Below, piece by piece: positions 19,808-28,969 of a stretch of 64,000 bases of DNA. Origin of the DNA: a virus (lineage: Duplodnaviria; Caudoviricetes); IMG/VR virus record IMGVR_UViG_3300027914_001343, positions 32,001 through 96,000 of that record. One strand, 5' to 3'. How positions within the stretch are numbered: the stretch's first letter is position 1; each line of letters starts with the position of its first letter. The notes below the pieces were generated by a model. The model made no database searches, had not been told where the DNA came from, and saw only the letters and a program-made list of their open reading frames with translations. A program made the position numbers and the translations under genes.

Positions 19808-20663
19808 ACGTAGAGAACCTCACCAAGTATTCAGTAGCAGCCACGTCTACTTTAGTAATAATGGCTGGATCATCAAGCACCTCAACAAAGGTAGACTTAA
19901 CCATCTGGATCGCACGATCAGACTCAGCAGAGATCATGGCTAAAAACACCATGTTCAGGGCAATGGCTTTTACCTTATCTTCACGACCCATGTCGCTAGC
20001 TTCAATAGCGTCGAAGTCTTTCTTAGCTAAGTTCAGGTACACGCCATAAGGCAATCCAACAGGAATACCGCCCTTAATGAAGTTATAGGAAAAAATCTCA
20101 GAAACACCAATGCTTTCGATGAAACGAGATACTTTAGCGGCTCGTTCATTTACCTTGATTTGTTTTTGTGCTTCGTCTTGATCAATCACTTGCACCTCAA
20201 CAGAGATTTCTTTAATCTTCGTAATCAAGGCCCGAGAAACTGTCTCGATGAATTCCATGTAATCTTCCGGCATCTTTCCTGTCATCAATGCAACAATTTC
20301 AGCAAAAGCTTCTTCTGGATTACTAGATGACGCAATGAGGTCGTTGACTTCATCTTTGTTTTCATATTCAGGAATCAAGAGCAGTGCTCTTACGAAATCA
20401 GTCCTGATTGGTGTAGGTGTCTCCTGATCGATTCGGAGACCGTGCTCTGCCAGTACGTTTTCAAGAAGTTCTTGTGTAAGTCCATCGACCATCGCAACAA
20501 CACTGACCGGGTCTTTGTCCCCCGCTACCAAGAGAATTTCTTCGAACTCACGTTCAAAATCTTCGAGACCAATATCATCAAGAGCCTGATGCGCTTCTTC
20601 GATATTGAATAGTGCTTCTGGCGACATAGTGTTGCCAAGGTATTCCTTAAGAATATCAAGCAT
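19794..20663 (-). CDS. conserved hypothetical protein (phiKZ gp79-like)
   Basis: Start moved to ATG 20663 (AGGA SD). Overlaps the vRNAP start. Confidence 0.6.
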   Translation of the reverse strand: MLDILKEYLGNTMSPEALFNIEEAHQALDDIGLEDFEREFEEILLVAGDKDPVSVVAMVDGLTQELLENVLAEHGLRIDQETPTPIRTDFVRALLLIPEYENKDEVNDLIASSSNPEEAFAEIVALMTGKMPEDYMEFIETVSRALITKIKEISVEVQVIDQDEAQKQIKVNERAAKVSRFIESIGVSEIFSYNFIKGGIPVGLPYGVYLNLAKKDFDAIEASDMGREDKVKAIALNMVFLAMISAESDRAIQMVKSTFVEVLDDPAIITKVDVAATEYLVRFSTYEKS

Positions 20664-20790
20664 TATGATCTTCCTGTAAAAAATATGGCGTTTAACCGAT
20701 ATTATGTTAAGAGCCACACATTGTTTTGTCCACTTAGCTGGACGTTCAAATTATTTGCAATCCAGCTACTTTTATTCAAGAGGAAGTACC

Positions 20791-21321
20791 ATGACCAAGA
20801 AATCTTACAACCGTCAAATGCGCGATGAATTGAAAGCGCGCCAGGACGACGCCACGGCAGAACTGGCCAACAATACCAGCTGGGACGAACTCCGCAATAT
20901 TTACGGACAATGTTGCTCGCTCCTGAAAAACGCTGTCGATGCTTCGCAACTGATGAAACGTCAAGATATCTTCGACGCTTGCACACGTCTTGATGAAGCG
21001 CTCGGCCTGATCTCTGCTCTGAAAAACGATCTTCCTGCTATGCTGGAAGAAGCTAACGCTATCTGGGCGATCCACAGTGCCCGTAGCGGCAGGGCTGAAG
21101 TAGAAGACATTCTGCTGACGTTCGAAATCTACGAAAAGTACCAGCTATGGATCGAACGTTACAATGCCATCATTGTACCGACCATGGGGCATCTGTTGGA
21201 AATTACCAACGAAGCTGAAGTCGCGATCATTGCCAAGAATCAAGAAATCACAGCAGCGCCGGTTGAAATTGTCGAAGAACAGGCTGAAGTTGCGGCCGAA
21301 ACCAAGGAAGAAGAAGCATGA
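20791..21321 (+). CDS. conserved hypothetical protein (phiKZ gp78 position)
   Basis: ATG 20791 with GAGGA SD. ATGA overlap with the next gene. Confidence 0.65.
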   Translation: MTKKSYNRQMRDELKARQDDATAELANNTSWDELRNIYGQCCSLLKNAVDASQLMKRQDIFDACTRLDEALGLISALKNDLPAMLEEANAIWAIHSARSGRAEVEDILLTFEIYEKYQLWIERYNAIIVPTMGHLLEITNEAEVAIIAKNQEITAAPVEIVEEQAEVAAETKEEEA

Positions 21322-22766
21322 TCGAACAAGACACCGTACAGATGCCACAGGAGGAAACTCCTGTGGAAGCAGTTGCTGAACCGTCGCAACATATCCGGGA
21401 AGACAACCCCTGCTTTACATTGCCTGGCCCTGACTGGAAATCCATTCAGTACATCCTCCCGATTCCTTCCATGCGCCGGTCGGAAGCAAGCAAGCTCATT
21501 TCCACTATCGAAAACCACCCGAAGTTGCAACACGCTGATGGTTTCGACTGGGCACAAACGTTGTTCGATGGCGCATCCATGGGTCCGATGTACGACCGCT
21601 TCCAGAAAGCTATTGACGACACCTCGCGTTCGTGGCGTCAAAACGTTAACTCCGATGCCGGCAAGCTCGGGCCATCTGCACCACGCCATCAGATTCCTTC
21701 TGGCGAAAAGTTGACTGGGCAAAAAGCCATTCTTCGCATTCGCGAAGTTACCAACAGCGGTGGTCTGGTTCAGATCCCTGCTTGGCATTCTGGTTTCTGG
21801 ATTACTTTCCGTACGCCGTCTGAAGGTACGCTTATTGATCTTGAGCGTGCCATCAATGATGAGAAGATCACTCTCGGCCGCGTTACTGGTGGTGCCATTT
21901 TCTCCAACACCACTGTTTATCTGCTGAAGCATGTTCTGGATTGTGCGCTGGATCACGTTTACACAACGTCGATCGCTGGCGAGCATGATCTGCGTGAACT
22001 CATTTCGATCAATGACATTCCTTCGATCATCTGGGGTTTTGCGTGCAGCATCTACCGTCGTGGTTTCCAATATGCTCGTTCGGTTGTTGTGCCTGGCGAT
22101 GACAACATGGAAACAACCCACATTGTTCGCGAAGTCCTGAATCTGGGCAAGCTGCAATGGGTTGACACTTCGGCGCTGACTGAATGGCAGATCGCTCACA
22201 TGAGTCGTCGTGCTTCGCAGTCGATGAATATCGACAGCATCAAGCGCTACGTCGATGAATTCACTCGCGGCAAGCCACGCAAGATCGATCTGACTGATGA
22301 AGTCTCGATCAGTCTTCATGTTCCGAATGTCATGCAGCATTTGAACTCCGGCAGTAGTTGGGTCGACAGCATTGTACTGATGGTTGACAAGGCATTTGGT
22401 TATGGTCAGGATGATCAGAAACGCAATGAGTTCATTCTCGATCATGCTCGTGCATCCAACATGCGTCAGTATGCACACTGGGTGAAGGAAATCATCATCA
22501 ATGGCGATGAAATCGTTGACGATACTGAAAGTATCGAAATGTCGCTCAATGAACTGTCAAGTATCGACAAGGTTCGCGTTGCGTACTTTGAAGGTATTTC
22601 GAAGTACATTGAAGACACCACGATCTCTACGATTGCTGTTCCTTCGTTGTCGGCAGCGGAAGATAACAAGTTCCCACGGTTCCCGCATCTCTACCCGCTG
22701 GATACCCTGCAAACTTTTTTTACCCTTCTCGCGCAGAAGACCGCCCTGATTCGGAGTCGGGGTTAA
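21318..22766 (+). CDS. phiKZ gp77-like protein, probable tail/baseplate assembly chaperone (G form)
   Basis: 482 aa, ending ...LQTFFTLL over a T7 slippery run. Two '(I)x(F/L)(R/H)xP' elements as in phage tail chaperones (inference). Confidence 0.6.
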   Translation: MIEQDTVQMPQEETPVEAVAEPSQHIREDNPCFTLPGPDWKSIQYILPIPSMRRSEASKLISTIENHPKLQHADGFDWAQTLFDGASMGPMYDRFQKAIDDTSRSWRQNVNSDAGKLGPSAPRHQIPSGEKLTGQKAILRIREVTNSGGLVQIPAWHSGFWITFRTPSEGTLIDLERAINDEKITLGRVTGGAIFSNTTVYLLKHVLDCALDHVYTTSIAGEHDLRELISINDIPSIIWGFACSIYRRGFQYARSVVVPGDDNMETTHIVREVLNLGKLQWVDTSALTEWQIAHMSRRASQSMNIDSIKRYVDEFTRGKPRKIDLTDEVSISLHVPNVMQHLNSGSSWVDSIVLMVDKAFGYGQDDQKRNEFILDHARASNMRQYAHWVKEIIINGDEIVDDTESIEMSLNELSSIDKVRVAYFEGISKYIEDTTISTIAVPSLSAAEDNKFPRFPHLYPLDTLQTFFTLLAQKTALIRSRG

Positions 22767-23176
22767 CGCACGTCAACTGGCCTGAATTTGGGAAAGACTT
22801 GGACTATACTGACTTTCTATTCAAGATGTTTTCTGATGTGAAATTTCAGTTGATCCCTGCTGATGCTCAAATGCTGGCACTTGTTCGTTACGAAACTGAC
22901 TATGGGATCTTTAATCACGATGCTGATAACGATCCCCTTAGTCTTGCTCTGGTCAGGTTTCATTGGTCAGAGGACACAGTTTCGACGTCTCGTCTGCAAA
23001 GCCTGATGCAACGTTTTGCTGATTACGGTGTTGGTAGTAAATTCTGTATTTCTTGGTCTGACTTTCTGAAGATGCCTAGGCATGAATGCGAGCTGATGTT
23101 AGAGATTTCTTCTAAGCGCGCTGCAGAGGCAGAGAAGGCAGCTGAGAACGCACTTAACGCACTTCCTCCTACTTAA
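22721..23176 (+). CDS. ORF probably expressed as the -1 frameshift extension of the gp77-like protein (GT-like form)
   Basis: The frame is open from 22667 to 23176 and has only a weak TTG (22799) or ATG (22827) start. Contains 'SWSDFLKMPRHECELML', a tail-chaperone T-like motif. Confidence 0.55.
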   Translation, partial: YPSRAEDRPDSESGLTHVNWPEFGKDLDYTDFLFKMFSDVKFQLIPADAQMLALVRYETDYGIFNHDADNDPLSLALVRFHWSEDTVSTSRLQSLMQRFADYGVGSKFCISWSDFLKMPRHECELMLEISSKRAAEAEKAAENALNALPPT

Positions 23177-23185
23177 GGACTCTAT

Positions 23186-23653
23186 ATGGGCGAAGTAAAA
23201 CACATAGAGCAGGGCGATATCTTTAAATCAAGTATGCAGACTTTAGTTTGTCCTGTAAACATTGTTGGTACAATGGGTAATGGATTAGCTAAAGCTTTTG
23301 CTATGCAATTTGAGGGTTTGGAGAATGCTTATAAAAAAGCATGTGTAAACAAGGTCTTTGATACTGAGGGCTTTTTTGTATTCCAAACTAAGGATGGCAG
23401 TGGAAAAAAGATTCTTTGTTTTCCTACTAAAAAGCACTGGTCTAAGCCATCTAAACTAGAGTGGATAAGCGCTGGTTTGATGGAAGTATCAATAGGTTAC
23501 CACAAACATGGGATTACAAGTATTGCTTTTCCTGCTATTGGTTGTGGAAAAGGTCAACTCGACTGGAATGATGTTTATCCGCTTATAGTTGAACACCTTT
23601 TGTCTGTTGATTTACAAGTGGAAGTTTATTCGCCTGTTGAAAGATTCTGGTAA
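23186..23653 (+). CDS. macrodomain ADP-ribosyl glycohydrolase, DarG/TARG1-like
   Basis: GDIF..VCPVN.VG.MGNGLA, FPTKKHW, SIAFPAIGCGKGQLDW motifs. Confidence 0.9.
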   Translation: MGEVKHIEQGDIFKSSMQTLVCPVNIVGTMGNGLAKAFAMQFEGLENAYKKACVNKVFDTEGFFVFQTKDGSGKKILCFPTKKHWSKPSKLEWISAGLMEVSIGYHKHGITSIAFPAIGCGKGQLDWNDVYPLIVEHLLSVDLQVEVYSPVERFW

Positions 23654-23670
23654 ACAGCAAAAAAAAAAAA

Positions 23671-23708
23671 ATAAGTCCGGAGCGGGGAAACCCGCTCCGG
23701 CTTATGCC
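23671..23708. terminator. bidirectional hairpin terminator
   Basis: ccggagcggg-gaaa-cccgctccgg with an A-tract on the left and TTATGC on the right. Confidence 0.8.
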
Positions 23709-23833
23709 ATTACTTCTTCTTTCTTTTCTTGATCTCTGTAGCAGCGAGATCAAGAAGGAGCCCACCTAATTTTACTTTTCCAAAAACTAGGTGGAAAGCT
23801 ACTTTGCCGGCGAGCGTAGCTGCCTTACCGGCC

Positions 23834-24043
23834 TTAGATTTCTTGTTCATCTTCTACCTCATTAAAGTCTTCCTCACACTGCTTACATGCTGCGGAAGAC
23901 CGGATATAAAGAATCTCGTCATCACCAACAGCGTCGTAGCTGCAATTGCAGTCTTGCAACGTTTCTTTGAACTCCTCTTCGGAGATTTCTTCTTCCTTGA
24001 GCTTGTAACCGCAACAGCCGCATTCCAAAACAAGTTTATACAT
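23834..24043 (-). CDS. small acidic Cys-rich protein (possible Zn-binding)
   Basis: 69 aa with CGCC, CNC and CKQC. AGGAG SD. Early-like motif upstream (~24117-24140). Confidence 0.55.
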   Translation of the reverse strand: MYKLVLECGCCGYKLKEEEISEEEFKETLQDCNCSYDAVGDDEILYIRSSAACKQCEEDFNEVEDEQEI

Positions 24044-24201
24044 GATTATCTCCTAATCAAATAAGTGTTTTAATGAGACACTTTAACTCAGTTGGAAGCT
24101 AGATTTAGTTTCCTATTCACTTGTAGTATATATAACCAAAACTTTCTAGGACACCGAGTTTAACGAATGCAACTATATGAGACATTTTTAAGGAGACTCT
24201 C

Positions 24202-24531
24202 ATGTTCGAATACAATGCGACAGTAATCAAAGTAGTGGACGGCGACACAGTTGATGTACTTTTGGATCTTGGCTTTGATGTTAAGACACAACAGCGTCTG
24301 CGACTAGCTCGGATTGACGCACCTTCTATCAAAACCACGGAAGGTAAAAACACAAAGGCATTTGTGCAAGCTTTGTTTGATAAGAACCCGAACGTGCTTG
24401 TCAAAACAAAGAAGACAGATAAGTACGGTAGATACTTAGCTGAAGTGGAAACCATCGATGGTAACTTAAGTGACTTATTACTTACAGCTAAGGACGCACA
24501 AACATACGACCCAAATAACAAGCTTGGGTAA
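24202..24531 (+). CDS. SNase (thermonuclease)-like nuclease
   Basis: VVDGDTVDV, RLARIDAP, DKYGRYLA motifs. AAGGAG SD. Confidence 0.9.
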   Translation: MFEYNATVIKVVDGDTVDVLLDLGFDVKTQQRLRLARIDAPSIKTTEGKNTKAFVQALFDKNPNVLVKTKKTDKYGRYLAEVETIDGNLSDLLLTAKDAQTYDPNNKLG

Positions 24532-24537
24532 AAAAAA

Positions 24538-24570
24538 ATAGCCAGGGGTTGTTCTCCCTGGCTTTATGTC
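24538..24570. terminator. bidirectional hairpin terminator
   Basis: agccaggg...ccctggct with an A-tract and TTTATG. Confidence 0.7.
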
Positions 24571-24571
24571 A

Positions 24572-24889
24572 CTAGTGTTCTTTGGGATCACCGAGAATAA
24601 AATCTTCGACTGATTTCACCAAAGGAACCAAACCGGTTTTTAATTCAGACCACTCATTAGCACGTTGATCTTTCATGCCTTGAATTTCTTTTTCCAAGGC
24701 TTTGATCTTACGTTCTTGCGTTTCCACGTAATCCATAACCAACGACAACTGAACAAACGGTGTTTCGTCAGTCATCTCTGGGGACGGTATGCTAGGTCTC
24801 TTGCAATAAACGAAACCACTTGTGTTAGCCCAGACACGGTATCGATAGATCTCTACTGGTAAGAACGGATACTCTTTTGATTCTGACAT
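24572..24889 (-). CDS. hypothetical protein with coiled coil
   Basis: ~105 aa, AAGGAG SD. Confidence 0.55.
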   Translation of the reverse strand: MSESKEYPFLPVEIYRYRVWANTSGFVYCKRPSIPSPEMTDETPFVQLSLVMDYVETQERKIKALEKEIQGMKDQRANEWSELKTGLVPLVKSVEDFILGDPKEH

Positions 24890-24920
24890 CAACACGCTCC
24901 TTCTGATTAATACAGTTTTC

Positions 24921-25304
24921 TTACAAAACGTGCGGGCAATTTGGTGCTACATGACAAACTGTGTTTTCATTTAGCTGCACGATGTGTGTTCTGATAGCTG
25001 GGAAATCAATTGCTACGTTATCGATTTTCGACTTCAAGGCAAATGAGATAAAAGCCAAAACTGCAGATTCTGTTTCACAGACAAGAGTGTCTTCGAGCTC
25101 GTCACTGTTAAAAGGTGTAACAATACAAGGTCCATCAGTATTACGGAAATCTGTATTGTCGACAACAACCAACAACTGATCGGCGCCTACACGAAAACGA
25201 ATTTGTCTTTCAACATAGTCTTCGCCATGTTTCGTTACTTCCTTTGATACAACCTTTGGCTGTAAACCAAAAATTGTAAGCCAATGTAAAAGCTGAGAGG
25301 TCAT
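24921..25304 (-). CDS. hypothetical protein
   Basis: ATG 25304 with AAACAAGGAAA SD. Confidence 0.6.
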   Translation of the reverse strand: MTSQLLHWLTIFGLQPKVVSKEVTKHGEDYVERQIRFRVGADQLLVVVDNTDFRNTDGPCIVTPFNSDELEDTLVCETESAVLAFISFALKSKIDNVAIDFPAIRTHIVQLNENTVCHVAPNCPHVL

Positions 25305-25365
25305 TTGTTTTTTTCCTTGTTTAAAAAAAGTTAACAGCATAAAGGGAGGGCACTTGCCCTCCCGT

Positions 25366-26904
25366 CTATACCTTGATACCCATGTGCTCGATATGGTACT
25401 CGAGCGTTCTGTCTTTCAGCATTTCGCGTTTCTTCTCGTGATATTCCATATGCTTCTTGATATCGACGCATGCAAAATACACGAACTCAGGAACACGCCC
25501 ATCTTTCATTTCACGTAGCCGACCGAGGCCCTGAATATTAGCTTGACTACTCGAAACTGCAGTCGTCATTACTGTAGTCGCTAGGTTTGGAATATCCACA
25601 GCGGTTCCAGCAGATTGCAGAGTACTGACTCTGATATCCGGCTTCATCAGGTTATCGTACGGATCATCCTCAACATATCTCTTCACATCCAACTCACGGT
25701 AACATTCTGCCAAGAAAGCAGTGACCTTTGTGCACATTGCGATTGAAGCGCAGAACACAATAAGCCTATCACCAGGTTGGTAGTTTTTGATGTACGTATT
25801 TTGAATGACATTCTGAATAAGTTTCAGGTACTTTTCCATACACTGTGGCTTACTCATAATGCTACGTTCAAAGGCATGGTGCGAGTAGGTCTTTGACCCA
25901 AAGTCTTGCGTTCTAATCAGATCAGGACGCGAGAGCCCCCACAGCACAGCCCTAGCACGGATATACTTCTTGTAGGTCGGCGCTTTGTATCGCAATCCTA
26001 ATGGGTAAGCAATCTCGTACATTTTACTAATAAACGGATCGTCACTCACCAACGTAGCGGACAATGAAACTGAGTCCTTCACATGGGTATAAAGATCGAT
26101 CTTGAAGTTCAGATGGAAATCCTGGTGTACCTCATCAATCACACGGAACCCTGCTTTCAGATGAGAGAAGAGTTGGTGTGGCAAACAATCGTACCCAAGT
26201 TCTATCGTTCCTTCTTTAAATTCTTCATACAACTTCAGCCAATTCTGCACCGTCTTATTGCTTAGCAGAATCATCTTGGCTTTTAACTTATTAGTAGAAG
26301 CCAGCCTGAGTAACGCCTTTAGCTGGTTTGAGCCCTGAACTACCAGAACGTCATTCTTCTTTAACTTATAAGTCTTCATGAGGTCAATCAGCCATTTCTC
26401 CAAATACATTGGACGAACGATATAAACCGCCATTGCGTTCATATCGGCAGCTGCCTGCATCGTACAGTAACTCTTCCCCTGACCTGTCTGCAGCGATACT
26501 AACTTACTTACAGGACGTTCAGGTTCTTTAATATACTCGATTACAGACGGCTGATGGCTTCGCGGCGCCCAACCATCCTGAATCTTCAGATCAACCGCTT
26601 TAAATACAGGCGGACCAGCATACTCAAGAGTGTACTCGTTTTGTTTGATCATCGATAGTTCAAGATGGGTTTTGAATTCGGGCAGCTGATTGATGTGGAA
26701 TCTGAATACAGTTCTGTCCTTTGTAGCAGCCGCGAAAACTCTGAGGGGAGCTCTAAAGAACCGCCTCCCCTCTCGTTTGATACCCCATAACACCAACTTC
26801 TTTGAAAATTGATCAATGACATGTCTGCCATACAGACCAATCTCAGTGATACAAAAGTGGTGACTATAGACGGTAATCTTAAAACGCTTCTCTTCTGAGG
26901 ACAT
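25366..26904 (-). CDS. superfamily 2 (DExH) helicase (phiKZ gp75-like)
   Basis: LQTGQGKS, IDEVH, SAT and QGLGRLR motifs. Confidence 0.9.
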   Translation of the reverse strand: MSSEEKRFKITVYSHHFCITEIGLYGRHVIDQFSKKLVLWGIKREGRRFFRAPLRVFAAATKDRTVFRFHINQLPEFKTHLELSMIKQNEYTLEYAGPPVFKAVDLKIQDGWAPRSHQPSVIEYIKEPERPVSKLVSLQTGQGKSYCTMQAAADMNAMAVYIVRPMYLEKWLIDLMKTYKLKKNDVLVVQGSNQLKALLRLASTNKLKAKMILLSNKTVQNWLKLYEEFKEGTIELGYDCLPHQLFSHLKAGFRVIDEVHQDFHLNFKIDLYTHVKDSVSLSATLVSDDPFISKMYEIAYPLGLRYKAPTYKKYIRARAVLWGLSRPDLIRTQDFGSKTYSHHAFERSIMSKPQCMEKYLKLIQNVIQNTYIKNYQPGDRLIVFCASIAMCTKVTAFLAECYRELDVKRYVEDDPYDNLMKPDIRVSTLQSAGTAVDIPNLATTVMTTAVSSSQANIQGLGRLREMKDGRVPEFVYFACVDIKKHMEYHEKKREMLKDRTLEYHIEHMGIKV

Positions 26905-26926
26905 TACAGCTCCAAGCGATTTTCTG

Positions 26927-28921
26927 CTAGAGATTACCGTATGCACTTACTTCAGCAGGCATCAGCATCATGTCCATTGGGTGGTCAGGACGATTCGTCA
27001 GAACAAAGCTCTTAGGATTCGTCACGATACTGAAGTGGTCCTCATAGGCCATTGCTGCACTCAAACTACGATGCAGCATGGATTGCTCCATTACGCCAAG
27101 ACCACCAGATGTCCATGGTTTCGGTGTGAAGTAGTTTCCATCTTCGTACGAAACAATCATGGCACCCAACATCACGACCGATACGACAGCCAAGTTTGCA
27201 CTAAGCTTATCGTTGATCAAGTCAAACAGGTCGACCAACATAGCTTCAGGAGACATTGAGTAACGCTCCTTCATTTCCTTAACGCTCGACTCAAGCATCT
27301 TGGCGATCTCGTTAGAGTGGTCAGCCATGTTGAAATGCTTCATCGGTAACGTCAGGAAGTTTTGATCCATGTCGAAACCAGTCATCGTGATGATGTAATT
27401 ACCTTGTGCATCCAGCTCCCAGCCGAATTTCTTGATGTGATTGAGAACAGCATGCGTCAAACTAGCATGACGACGACCGAGCGAGACCGGGAAGAAGTTG
27501 ATTTCTTCAACATCGCCACGTTTTGTGATAATGCCAATTTCTGTCATTTCACTTACGCGACTAATATTGAGTTCGGCAACATGGTCCACTTCGTAAATAT
27601 CAGTCATGTTTGCAGCAGCTGACGCCGGAACGACAAGTTTCACCTGATAGTGTTTCATTGACTCAGACAGCACATAACTCGAGCCGTCGGCAGATACTCT
27701 CATGTAGTTGCGCTGGAGGTCGTCCAGTACAATCCAATCGACTGCAGCAGAACCATCAAGGTGCTTAACAGACAACACCGACTGCGATGATTTCTGCGCC
27801 AATGAAGTACAGCACATTTGACCGAGGTTAGTGTTTGCCGGGATCGACAAAGACAGTTCACCAAAGCAAGTGCTGCATACACCATTCGGATCAGGATGCG
27901 CACAGTGAATAACCGTGCGCAATTTGACTGTTGTCCCAATAAGATGTTTGTCATTTATGGTAATTGCCTTGAGACTACCATCTTCAGTAATGTAATTCAT
28001 ACCGACAAGATGTTGCAAATCACCAGGGAAAACCACCTCATTGTTTTCAACCACTCGTGGCCGGATATGCCAGAGCATGTATTTCGTAGTACCGCAATCG
28101 CAGTGATGAAGGTTCTTCACCACCTGTGACATCAGCTGCAAGCGCCGGGAGAAATATTCAGCTGCTTGCAACGGAGCCTTAGAGAATAACAAGGCCTTAG
28201 TGGCTGACCGAGATTCGATCAACGAATCGTGCAACAACCGAATACCTTCGGCATAGCAACGCAACACCGGGGTTCTGAAAAGATTCGAATCACCATCAGT
28301 AATGAAACCGCGATGCCCGACACACTGAAGTGCTTGGTTATCATTTACCAACTTAGAGCGCAAGGCAAGCGCCAGCGTATTGTTATCAAAATCCTTCCAT
28401 TTCATCAGTGCGTTCTTAATAAACGCATTTGATTCCTCGATAGAGCGGCCGGTCGGTTCAGTCAAGGCACGACGTGCTTTGATCTCAGGATGTCGGAGAA
28501 CATGCGAGAAGTTCTTGATATCGAGAGACTGTACGTGATCTTCAGCACGAAGACTGAGCTGAACATAGATCTCGTTGGTAATCTCGTAGATCCGTCTGCT
28601 CATGTAATCGCGGATAGCGACACCATCCTGATTACCCTGATATGCGTCGTGCGAAGACCACATGCACGCTTCCAACAACCTGAGATGACTTGATGGTCCG
28701 GGACGTTTACCGTCCAGAATAGACCTGATGTGATGCGCCTTCAGCATCGGTGTTTCTGGGAACTCGCGATGGAACGCCCACGCATAACTGGAGTAGATAG
28801 TCTCACGCCAGGTACAATGGATTTCACCATCGTCAAACATCAAGATATGGTCTTCACAAAGAAGTTCCCAGAGCTCGTCAGGTGTAAACTGTAACAAATC
28901 CCGAGCTTTCATCTTAAGCAT
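26927..28921 (-). CDS. non-virion RNA polymerase beta' C-terminal subunit (phiKZ gp74-like)
   Basis: YFSRRLQL bridge helix, DCGT, LRTVIHC..GVCSTCFG Zn site, SQSVLSVKH trigger-loop-like motif. Confidence 0.85.
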   Translation of the reverse strand: MLKMKARDLLQFTPDELWELLCEDHILMFDDGEIHCTWRETIYSSYAWAFHREFPETPMLKAHHIRSILDGKRPGPSSHLRLLEACMWSSHDAYQGNQDGVAIRDYMSRRIYEITNEIYVQLSLRAEDHVQSLDIKNFSHVLRHPEIKARRALTEPTGRSIEESNAFIKNALMKWKDFDNNTLALALRSKLVNDNQALQCVGHRGFITDGDSNLFRTPVLRCYAEGIRLLHDSLIESRSATKALLFSKAPLQAAEYFSRRLQLMSQVVKNLHHCDCGTTKYMLWHIRPRVVENNEVVFPGDLQHLVGMNYITEDGSLKAITINDKHLIGTTVKLRTVIHCAHPDPNGVCSTCFGELSLSIPANTNLGQMCCTSLAQKSSQSVLSVKHLDGSAAVDWIVLDDLQRNYMRVSADGSSYVLSESMKHYQVKLVVPASAAANMTDIYEVDHVAELNISRVSEMTEIGIITKRGDVEEINFFPVSLGRRHASLTHAVLNHIKKFGWELDAQGNYIITMTGFDMDQNFLTLPMKHFNMADHSNEIAKMLESSVKEMKERYSMSPEAMLVDLFDLINDKLSANLAVVSVVMLGAMIVSYEDGNYFTPKPWTSGGLGVMEQSMLHRSLSAAMAYEDHFSIVTNPKSFVLTNRPDHPMDMMLMPAEVSAYGNL

Positions 28922-28969
28922 TGACTTCTCCTTGTTTATATTGCGGCGGTATCATTACCGCCGCACTTG

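Noticed and set aside
23659-23671. Long A homopolymers (also 14456, 17018, 40647, 48464)
   Set aside because: They are intergenic and mostly terminator tails. None disrupts a reading frame, so there is no evidence of phase variation.
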